Shown here piece by piece: positions 27,301 to 34,703 of a DNA stretch of 46,061 nt (the first letter of the stretch is position 1; every line of letters begins with the position of its first letter). The position numbers and the translations under genes were made by a program. The notes under the pieces were generated by a model that saw only the letters and a program-made list of their open reading frames with translations, did no database searches and was not told where the DNA came from. The DNA comes from Macrostomum lignano (Eukaryota): positions 1 through 46,061 of the forward strand of contig NIVC01002973.1 in the NCBI GenBank assembly GCA_002269645.1, given 5' to 3'.

Positions 27301-30300
27301 TGAGGTTTGGGGGCGATTCTTACTGAGGTTTGGGGGCGATTCTTACTGAGGTTTGGGGGCGATTCTTACTGAGGTTTGGGGGCGATTCTTACTGAGATTT
27401 GGGGGCGATTTTTACTGAGGTTTGGGGGCGATTCTTACTGAGGTTTGGGGGCGATTCTTACTGAGGTTTTGGGGCGATTCTTACTGAGGTTTGGGGGCGA
27501 TTCTTACTGAGATTTGGGGGCGATTTTTACTGAGGTTTGGGGGCGATTCTTACTGAGGTTTAGGGGCGATTCTTACTGAGGTTTGGGGGCGATTCTTACT
27601 GAGGTTTGGGGGCGATTCTTACTGAGGTTTGGGGGCGATTCTTACTGAGGTTTGGGGGCGATTCTTACTGAGGTTTGGGCGATTCTTACTGAGGTTTGGG
27701 GGCCGATTCTTACTGAGGTTAGGGGCGATTCTTACTGAGGTTATGGGCGATTCTTACTGAGGTTTGGGGGCGATTCTTACTGAGGTTTGGGGGCGATGTT
27801 GGAGTTAAGTATTGTAGCGAGTTACTCGTACATTTAACTGTTTTCTTTTCTTTGATGCTATTTATAGCAGCTGGTCCCACCCTCTAAAGCTGGTATCTCC
27901 GCCGCTGGTCTGTTATTGCACTGTACCCGCCTTTACGGCAGACTTGTGTTATTGCATTTAAATTAATATATCTTCTGCTTCAGGCTTTTTAAAAAAAGTA
28001 AAAAAAATATCGGAACATTTTTATCTGTTGTCCTTTCTTCTCTGGAATATCTTTGCGACCCTGGATACTGCACTTTTTATCTATATTCGTTAATTAATAT
28101 TATGGTTGATTATATTGTACGTTCGTTTATCTTTAGATCGGAGCCGCTGCAGACTGTGAACTGCAATGCTAAAAAATTTGTGCACTATACAATTTAAGTG
28201 TTTACTTCTGTTAACCCCCCTCTGTTATCCTCAAGTAGTGTCTGCTTTCGGTGACTTCCACTCAGAGTGGTTCCAGTTAATCTGCACCTGATTAACCTGT
28301 TTGTCTGCTCCCTGTTGGCCTACTTTTGACCTCTATTTGTCTCTGGCCACTACCTCTACCCGCCTATCTACCTCTCTTATCTACTCTGCCCTCTCATCCT
28401 ACCCGCCTATCTACCTCTCCTATCTACCCTGCCCTCTCATCCTACCCGCCTATCTACCTCTCCTATCTACCCTGCCCTCTCATCCTACCCGCCTATCTAC
28501 CTCTCCTATCTACCCTGCCCTCTCATCCTACCCGCCTATCTACCTCTCCTGTCTACCCTGCCCTCTCATCCTACCCGCCTATCTACCTCTCCTATCTACC
28601 CTGCCTTCTCATCCTACCCGCCTATCTACCTCTCCTATCTACCCTGCCCTCTCATCCTACCCGCCTATCTACCTCTCCTATCTACCCTGCCCTCTCATCC
28701 TACCCGCCTATCTACCTCTCCTATCTACCCTGCCCTCTCATCCTACCCGCCTATCTACCTCTCCTATCTACTCTGCCCTCTCATCCTGCCCGCCTATCTA
28801 CCTCTCCTATCTACCCTGCCCTCTCATCCTACCCGCCTATCTACCTCTCCTATCTACGTCCTGTCTGCTTTTTCTATCTACCCCTCTCCTGCCTACTTCT
28901 TATTCATTCACCCTTATCTTATTTGCCCTTGTTCTATCTACATTTCTTCTGCCTCTCTTTTTCTCTACCCTTCTCGCATCTACCTCACTACTATATACCT
29001 TCTCTTTCCTATCTGTTTACTCCAGTTCTAAACATTTTTTCATTTCAGCTACATGTACTCTACCGTGTGCGATCCATTTCTGCTTTCTGTTTCTACTTCC
29101 GGCATGTTGGTCCGCGTAAGCCCGACCACAAAATACTGAGGTCGTGTCCTCAGTCATTAAGCTCTCTTTAAAGCCCACAATGCTAGCTACCTGTAAAACC
29201 AATCTCTGGGTTGTGAATGCATTGTTTAGAACTGCTTCTTGTATTGCACTGGGATGACCTCTCTGTTGAGGCCGCTGTGTCAAAAGTGTGCGGAAACTGT
29301 AGACAATGCGATGCATTTACGACTTACGTAATGAATAGCTTTTCAACTATTCTATACACTGTTAAAATCTACTCTCCTTAATCTACTGTCTACTCTACTC
29401 TCCTTTATCTGCTGTCTACTCTAATCTCCTTTATCTACTGTCTACTCTACTCCCCTTTATCTACTGTCTACTCCAATCTCATTTATCTACTGTCTACTCT
29501 AATCTCCTTTATCTACTGTCTACTCTAATCTCATTTATCTACTGTCTACTCTACTCTCATTTATCTACTGTCTACTCTAATCTCATTTATCTACTGTCTA
29601 CTCTAATCTCATTTATCTACTGTCTACTCTAATCTCATTTATCTACTGTCTACTCTACTCCCCTTTATCTACTGTCTACTCCAATCTCATTTATCTACTG
29701 TCTACTCTAATCTCCTTTATCTACTGTCTACTCTAATCTCATTTATCTACTGTCTACTCTACTCTCATTTATCTACTGTCTACTCTAATCTCCTTTATCT
29801 ACTGTCTACTCTACTCCCCTTTATCTACTGTCTACTCCAATCTCATTTATCTACTGTCTACTCTAATCTCATTTATCTACTGTCTACTCTAATCTCCTTT
29901 ATCTACTGTCTACTCTACTCTCATTTATCTACTGTCTACTCTAATCTCATTTATCTACTGTCTACTCTAATCTCCTTTATCTACTGTCTATCTACTCTTC
30001 CTTATCTACTGTCTACTCCATTCTCCTTTATCTACTGTCTACTCTACTACCCTTTGTCTACTGTCTACTCTACTCCCCTTTATCTACTGTCTAATCTACT
30101 CTCCTTAATCTACTGTCTACTCTACTCTTCCTTATCTAGTGTCTTCTCTACTCTCCTTTATCTACTGTCTACTCTACTCACCATTCCTGCATCAGTTTCA
30201 AAACTCACTGTTAACATCCAGCTCTCATTTGTGCAACAAATTTGAGCAGCAAGGTTTATTAAATACAGATGTGATTCAGCATCACGCCTGCTCGCACCCT

Positions 30301-33300
30301 TCCCTCATCTGGTTCGAGCAGAAAAACTCACTAGCAGTTTCCCCCTCTCTGTCTTGGCCTCAAATCTTTTTTTCCGCGAAAGAAAATTTTAGGCGAAGAA
30401 ACACTCGGACATAAAAAACGGCTCACGATTACCTGTGCTCAGGTGTTCTGAGCACCTTCAAATTGCTTCAGTCTGGGATTAATCCCGCCTTTACCGTCTT
30501 TTATTCTTCTTTTGCTTCGATTCGACATCAAAGAGTTGCTTAGTGCCAGCCTCAGCGCTTTTCATCCCGTTTGCGTGCGTCTGATGCTCCAATCATTAAC
30601 AATGTTCGTTCTTGCTAATTTTGGTCTGCTGACAAGCAACGTTTTGCTGAATTGGCTTTCTTGCAATTTTTCGTATTCTAAAAATTACTTTTGTGTACTT
30701 TTGTCTTCATTTTTGTCTTTGCAAAGGTGATTGACGTTGCATGTTCTTTAGTTTGATTGACCTTGATTGACATCTCAGGTGTTTTGTAGTTTGATTGACT
30801 TAGATTGACATCTCAGGTGTTTTGTAGTTTGATTGACTTGATCGACATCTCAGGTGTTTTGTAGTTTGATTGACTTAGATTGACATCTCAGGTGTTTTGT
30901 AGTTTGATTGACTTGATCGACATCTCAGGTGTTTTGTAGCTTGATTGACTTGATCGACATCTCAGGTGTTTTGTAGTTTGATTGACTTGATCGACATCTC
31001 AGGTGTTTTGTAGTTTGATTGACTTGATCGACATCTCAGGTGTTTTGTAGTTTGATTGACTTGATCGACATCTCAGGTGTTTTGTAGTTTGATTGACTTA
31101 GATTGACATCTCAGGTGTTTTGTAGTTTGATTGACTTGATCGACATCTCAGGTGTTTTGTAGTTTGATTGACTTAGATTGACATCTCAGGTGTTTTGTAG
31201 TTTGATTCATTTGATCGACATCTCAGGTGTTTTGTAGCTTGATTGACTTGATCGACATCTCAGGTGTTTTGTAGTTTGATTGACTTAGATTGACATCTCA
31301 GGTGTTTTGTAGTTTGATTGACTTGATCGACATCTCAGGTGTTTTGTAGTTTGATTGACTTGATCGACATCTCAGGTGTTTTGTAGTTTGATTGACTTAG
31401 ATTGACATCTCAGGTGTTTTGTAGTTTGATTGACTTGATCGACATCTCAGGTGTTTTGTAGATTGATTGACTTAGATTGACATCTCAGGTGTTTTGTAGT
31501 TTGATTGACTTGATCGACATCTCAGGTGTTTTGTAGTTTGATTGACTTAGATTGACATCTCAGGTGTTTTGTAGTTTGATTGACTTGATCGACATCTCAG
31601 GTGTTTTGTAGTTTGATTGATTTGATCGACATCTCAGGTGTTTTGTAGTTTGATTGACTTGATCGACATCTCAGGTGTTTTGTAGTTTGATTGACTTGAT
31701 CGACATCTCAGGTGTTTTGTAGTTTGATTGACTTGATCGACATCTCAGGTGTTTTGTAGTTTGATTGACTTGATCGACATCTCAGGTGTTTTGTAGTTTG
31801 ATTGACTTGATCGACATCTCAGGTGTTTTGTAGTTTGATTGACTTGATCGACATCTCAGGTGTTTTGTAGTTTGATTGACTTAGATTGACATCTCAGGTG
31901 TTTTGTAGTTTGATTGACTTGATCGACATCTCAGGTGTTTTGTAGTTTGATTGACTTGATCGACATCTCAGGTGTTTTGTAGTTTGATTGACTTAGATTG
32001 ACATCTCATGTATTTTAGACTGATTGAACTTGATTGACATCTCAGGGGATTTATAGACTGATTTATCTAGATTGACTGTTGACCTTTTTAAAAATTTGAG
32101 TTTAACGCGCACTTCGCATACTACTGAGTTGCTTCATTAATATCCGTTTCCATAGCAACATCGGACTGGCGGTAGCGGCGGAGGCGGCGACCTCACCACA
32201 GGCCGGGTGTTCATTCCCGATGGGAAATTTCGCGGCATAACTTTGGCCATTGTGCTGGGCACGCTTGTTGGAGGTCTGCTAATTCCAAATGGTGTGTTTT
32301 TTGTTTTCTGCTGTGCAACGGGTCTGCGGTAGTGCCGAACTTGGTCTAGGAGGGGTAGACAGTGTCTGGGAGGGGTTAGACAGGATCTGGGAGGAGTAGA
32401 CAGGGTCTGGGAGGTGTTGAACAGGGAGGGTCTTGGAAGGGTTAGATAGGGTCTGGGAGGGGTTAGATAGTGTCTGAGAGGTGTTAGACAGGATCTTGGA
32501 AGGGTTAGATAGGGTCTTGGAGGAGTTAGATAGTGTCTGGGAGGGGTAGACAGGCTCTGGGTGGGGTAGACACGGTCTGGGAGGGGTAGACAGGATCTGG
32601 GTGGGGTAGACAAGACAGGGTCTGGGTGGGGGTAGACAGGGTCTGGATGGTGGTAGACAGGGTCTTGGTGGGGGTAGACAGGGTCTTGGTGGGGGTAGAC
32701 AGGGTCTTGGTGGGGTGGGGGTAGACAGGGTCTGGGAGGGGTAGACAGGGTCTGGGAGGGGTAGACAGGGTCTGGGAGGGGTAGACAGGGTCTTGGTGGG
32801 GGTAGACAGGGTCTTGGTGGGGGTAGACAGGGTCTTGGAGGGGTAGACAGGGTCTGGGTGGGGGTAGACAGGGTCTTGGTGGGGTGGGGGTAGACAGGGT
32901 CTGGGAGGGGTAGACAGGGTCTGGGAGGGGTAGACAGGGTCTGGGAGGGGTAGACAGGGTCTGGGAGGGGTAGACAGGGTCTGGGAGGGGTAGACGGTGT
33001 CTGTGACTCCTGATTGGCCAGGACAAGCTCTGCAACTCTGATTGGTCAATCCTTGACCCGCCTACTCCAGTTGAGTTTATTTTAAGCCTGACTGGCTCAG
33101 TGACAGGCTCGGTGATCTGCTATATCCTGCCAGCTGGCATCTACTTGAACACATTCAGTGGAGTCAGGGCGCGCTGCTGCTCAATTGGCTGCGTGATTAA
33201 ATGGCTTGGTGTGGCCACGCTGTGCATTGGCACAGTGGCTACTCTGTTTGGACCTGGCGGAGGCGGCGAGAGCCACGCGCCAGTTCAAAACCAGCCGCCC

Positions 33301-34110
33301 CCGCAGCTGCCCCATCGCGACAGCTATCCAGCTTCCATCGGATCGACTGTTGCCCGCCTGTCTCACCCCGACTACACTCCCGCTTCTCCGACTGTACTAA
33401 TCAAACAGGATCGTAAACTTAGCGGTAAATAAACATTTTACACTGAAGCGGATTACACTACTTACACTATTCTATTCAGTAGGCTAGTTAAGCATTTTAT
33501 CAATATTTTCTATCGTTATTCGTTGTATCGCAATCCGGCAGACTCCGAAAGTCGTCAGGAGCCTCCGCTGCCTGTTTTGGCTCGGGAAGTTGTTGGAATC
33601 AAGGGACGAAATCCAATGAAGGAAAAACTGCAAAAGAAACTGCTATTCACTAAAACTACTACACTTGAACCAACAACTCCTAGTGTGACTTTGAAAACGA
33701 CAGAAATAGCACCGTCAAAATTGGCACCGACGCAAAAATCTTCGACAGTAAAACCGACTGCAAAATTGGAATTTAAGACGGCTACGAACTCGACAGGTTC
33801 CATGAAACATCAGGCCAGAAAAAGTTCGAATAAGAGCGACCTGGAAGTGCTGGCAAGCCTGCTTCGCGAGCAGCGTGAGCAGGGTCGCCGAATCGAAGAG
33901 CAGCTCAAACGGTTGGAAGCCGCCAATGCTGTTGACCGACATCGGGAGCGTCGGAACTCCGACAAAACCGCCGCTGGCAACGATACTCAAGCAAGACCAC
34001 TCGATGCTGTGGTTAGTTCCACGACTACTACTAATAGTAGTACTACTACTAAAACAGTACTGAATGGAACTGCTACCAAAGTTGCTAAAACTAATCAAAC
34101 CAAATTATAG
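6401..34110 (+). CDS. SLC38A10: SLC38A10-like sodium-coupled neutral amino acid transporter (Aa_trans domain plus low-complexity/coiled-coil tail), 8 coding exons, 659 aa
   Basis: Exons 6401-6487, 12397-12807, 20979-21112, 21862-21964, 24509-24694, 32156-32291, 33071-33424, 33542-34110. All introns are GT-AG, phases are consistent, total 1980 nt with no stop. Motifs NSIIGVAILAMPYCFAQ|CG, KRRSYEFLA, FYAIFM, LPIFSLAFTCQ, GFVMSVAVSFP..FPCR, LIPNVEFILSLTGSVTGSVICYILPA match SLC38A10. The tail motif LASLLREQREQGRRIEEQ resembles the SLC38A10-specific LLQVIKEQQVQQKRLLDQQ coil. Confidence 0.92.
6639..9201. repeat. 28-bp minisatellite (TATTCAGTAGATCTTGTAGTTCTAGATC)n, about 90 units, in SLC38A10 intron 1
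   Basis: Direct reading. Built from 13-bp and 15-bp subunits. Confidence 0.97.
9766..9995. repeat. (CTGT)n microsatellite
   Basis: Direct reading. Confidence 0.95.
10574..11560. repeat. 35-bp minisatellite (GATGTTGAGATTAGAGAGAGTCAATGAGAGATCTA)n, near-perfect to about 11155 and then degenerate
   Basis: Period of 35 (10608 and 10643). Confidence 0.95.
11932..12368. repeat. 23-bp minisatellite (GACTCATAAGCTACTCTAAAAAT)n
   Basis: Period of 23 (12069 and 12092). Ends about 28 nt before the exon 2 acceptor. Confidence 0.95.
12915..13197 (-). repeat. 3' LTR (283 bp)
   Basis: TGTTAAATCG...CCAGAACA. Differs from the other LTR by 2 substitutions and 2 single-A indels by manual comparison. Confidence 0.95.
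13198..13210 (-). promoter_or_regulatory. Polypurine tract AGGAAGGGGGGAA
   Basis: Immediately adjacent to the 3' LTR on the element strand. Confidence 0.9.
13805..19594 (-). CDS. BEL/Pao Gag-Pol polyprotein, 1929 aa, uninterrupted
   Basis: Gag (IPSFSGD..YEGWKAAF). Three BEL-type Zn knuckles (CRVCEGSHGAWEC, CFHCLGVNHSGLAC, CGVDGCQGKHHRMLH). Protease ALLDDASTRTY. RT RIVFDAS...YMDD. RNase H LHVFVDASQVAYGAV. Integrase HHCC plus VDFGGP...SDNGGNF...E. C-terminal RWRRVQELVRHFW region. Confidence 0.97.
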   Translation of the reverse strand: MQKDGEEFESNYPPADEEERKLMDAKAAKTRAKAAFTKGRNRLVQQLAAGGQDGAEVQQQATLMEKLFEAVTTELEKLLELAGNDLPLRRQTIKELENAEKDYGETVGLMTEFWKDRSRSEAAEREEQDRLAESEGQQRREEEQRKVQAAEHRALELEEVQRELERDYQQRHEQLAEELRRLKIVTGSTKAESPCERASPGSGLAEQSIGAEVGVSAAPDRSEKADWTAHEGGSGERSIKQNPAPRPATSQSASVQWQLREPIVQQECTQRVREEAERQVSQDMWRQLQRVAIPSFSGDKRQYEGWKAAFYACVDAAPSSRVYKLLQLRQCLQGDALKLIANLGHSEFAYKAALDRLEREYGGERRRLVLVLEDLDRFRPIVTESAPQLKKLADLVDVAVINLMEAGREAELDSNGLLHLRVQKKLPTDTLARYHRWVGENGRNDTLSALHQWLLREAEYQTVAMEAVHGVAAQNGPGAGKMEQSKKFSGMQRTETARTHFGAVAESTRADEQRKKNCRVCEGSHGAWECPKFVEMDVVKRWAVAREKKLCFHCLGVNHSGLACRRSRTCGVDGCQGKHHRMLHQKREPKPAAAVTRGGEGEARKPAEDISAATKKERTMLAEVVKETALRTVPVILVAGECQVRINALLDDASTRTYLNADVAAELGLEGKLQRINVKVLNGGVESFETAPVEVTVRSVDAAFETKIVAFTAEKVTGGMKAVDWSQLAEHWAHLRGIPFESTSSRKTVDMLIGVDNAEMHLACKEVCGMPGEPIARLTPIGWTCIGQLGSDEGSSKSGESFLCHECQDQVDSQVRRLWAIEEVPDVAELNRERGTLTADEQRAVAVVKESMSVVEGRYQVAIPWKSQNRALPSNREAAERRLISTEKRLQRSEGLPKVYQEVLEGQLEKGYLKKVEDSSELQNTEWYLPHFPVIREDKDTTKVRIVFDASARCQGVSLNDVILPGPKLQNDLFQVLLRFRRGPVAIVCDIEEMYLRIRLKPEDRCYFRFLWRDRTETGKLEVFEFQSVVFGVNCSPFLAQFVSQEHARSHQETFPRASETILKSTYMDDSLDSVNSVHEAIQLRRELTALWEKAGMRARKWMSNASEVLETVAPEDRAVKAQHVLRGEMATSKALGVTWTANDDMLAITGNAGAKEVSVESKRQLLKRVAMVFDPCGFLSPFTIRGRILLQEIWQNGADWDEPLDQQVAAKATQWAAEIEELSMLKIPRCLWPDPTKKAVLHVFVDASQVAYGAVIYLRSATSLDEICVRLVAAKARVAPLAACSIPRLELMAAVLGVRLAQTVADALDLDLRESVFWSDSANVLWWLRGRSRIFKPFVANRVAFIQEAVKTCQWRHVPTDLNPADAVSRGCSAKDLCQSAVWSAGPEFLLLDEDGWPARLVPTSVDGDQEVRREASKSSKSAAVTLLSNDTTDNDCRLNPERFSSYRRLRSVTAWVQRFISNCRLPRDERRLGDLEVEELQEAEDRILRVAQEEAFKAEVQQVRRGKPVFSSSQLRCLQPFLDEDGLLRVDGRLKFDQNLSYQSKHPVILPRRSWVTKLLVKHYHEDQGHGGTNQTLAAMSTKFWVIGGREAIREWEKECARCRRQKAGPEVQQMAPLPEARLKNSLRAFSFVAVDFGGPFETVQGRGRRRTKRYLALFTCLETRAVHLEMAYSLDSDSFLNAFARMINRRGRPLEVYSDNGGNFVKGERELREFENEQQNKIQRAAAERGIKWRFQPPSAPHFGGAHEVMVRAAKRAVRAILSNADITDEELHSAFTGAEALINSRPLTYQTASPKDDTPLTPNHFLHGQLGGDFATEVSTEVSRDPRRRWRRVQELVRHFWHRWLREWVPRLNARSKWVKEQPDLAVGDIVLALRADAPRGHWPLGRVLEVFPGRDGHVRVAKVRTGGGTVLRPVTKLCVLQRGE
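19600..19617 (-). promoter_or_regulatory. Primer-binding site TGGTAGCAGAGCGTGGTT, complementary to the initiator tRNA-Met 3' end
   Basis: Lies 2 nt inside the 5' LTR boundary. Plus strand AACCACGCTCTGCTACCA resembles the animal tRNAiMet 3' end (human AACCATCCTCTGCTACCA). Confidence 0.82.
19620..19904 (-). repeat. 5' LTR (285 bp)
   Basis: Near-identical to 12915-13197. Confidence 0.95.
19905..20390. repeat. Purine-rich degenerate repeat with 22-bp core (GGGAGAGGTAGACTAATATATT)n; continues left of the retrotransposon at about 12850-12914
   Basis: GGGAGAGGTAGACT units lie on both sides of the TSD. Confidence 0.85.
20752..20935. repeat. 22-bp minisatellite (GAGATTATCAGAGACACCATAT)n
   Basis: Direct reading, about 8 copies. 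Confidence 0.9.
21168..21587. repeat. 50-bp tandem repeat (TTTGGTGAATGCAGGTTTAGTAAAATGCATATTCAGGTGAATCAAACAGA)n, about 8 copies, intron 3
   Basis: Period of 50 (AGGTTTAGTA at 21181 and 21231). Confidence 0.95.
22017..23345. repeat. 20-bp G-rich minisatellite (GGGTGAATGGGGATAGGATT)n in two blocks (22017-22540, 23117-23345) split by a roughly 575-bp insert
   Basis: Direct reading. Confidence 0.93.
23880..24355. repeat. (CTGT)n microsatellite
   Basis: Direct reading. Confidence 0.96.
24738..25382. repeat. 25-bp minisatellite (AATATTGGCGCCATTTTCTACTCTG)n
   Basis: Period of 25 (24761 and 24786). Confidence 0.95.
25902..26352. repeat. 24-bp minisatellite (TCTACTCAGTTGTCTACTCTCTGA)n
   Basis: Period of 24 (25926 and 25950). 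Confidence 0.95.
26602..27796. repeat. 22-23-bp G-rich minisatellite (GAGGTTTGGGGGCGATTCTTACT)n
   Basis: Direct reading. G-run length varies between units. Confidence 0.95.
28352..28858. repeat. 43-bp pyrimidine-rich minisatellite (CTACCCGCCTATCTACCTCTCCTATCTACCCTGCCCTCTCATC)n
   Basis: Period of 43 (28399 and 28442). Confidence 0.95.
29365..30170. repeat. 26-bp minisatellite (TATCTACTGTCTACTCTAATCTCATT)n
   Basis: Period of 26 (29536 and 29562). Confidence 0.95.
30750..32050. repeat. 37/38-bp minisatellite (GACATCTCAGGTGTTTTGTAGTTTGATTGACTTGATC)n
   Basis: Direct reading. Two alternating variants (...CTTGATC and ...CTTAGATT). Confidence 0.96.
32345..33000. repeat. 20-21-bp G-rich minisatellite (GGGGTAGACAGGGTCTGGGA)n filling intron 6
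   Basis: Direct reading. Confidence 0.94.
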
Positions 34111-34703
34111 AGGCTGTTGTTAATATACACTTTTTCCACTGGTGATTTTTGTTGCAATTTATTGTTTCCCAATTCGATGTATTATGTGTGTTGGCGTTGC
34201 TATTTTGCACGGATGCACGGATCTACTTTACTGGTAGAGCAATTTATATATTAACTCATTATTTCATTAAATGAATTACAAAAATGAGCGCACATAGTGT
34301 AGTTGTTCATGGCTTTTGTGGTGCTTGTTAAACTGTGAACATTGAAAACTATTTGAACATTTATTTTTATATAGTTAGTTACTAACTAAGCTGGATTTCA
34401 TTCCATTGTACTAACACATTTTGAGTTTAAAAAAGGGTGGATGATTGATCTTACTAAGTACTTTTAATGAAACCTTTAGGGTAACAAAAACAAACAAGAT
34501 CAAGCTGTTTTGATGGCTAGCAGGTAAAAAATAGTCACACTGAAACCGCAAAATCAACTGTAGTAACAATTTGTAATCATTTTTAGCGGAAAAAACATAC
34601 GAATCAAAACGTACCTTAAGTACCATTTTTGACAGTAAATTCAACACACAAAAACGCCTTTCCCGTTGAAATAATCTACTGGCTCGTAGCTCAGAGCCTA
34701 TGG

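Noticed and set aside
28301-29171. 272- and 281-aa ORFs
   Set aside because: Translations of the 43-bp stop-free repeat.
1642-32050. The 22-38-bp tandem arrays as CRISPR arrays
   Set aside because: Units are head-to-tail with no unique spacers, there are no cas genes, and the context is eukaryotic introns.
32137-33049. Minus-strand Pro-rich ORFs
   Set aside because: Translations of the 20-bp G-rich repeat, antisense to SLC38A10 exon 6 and intron 6.
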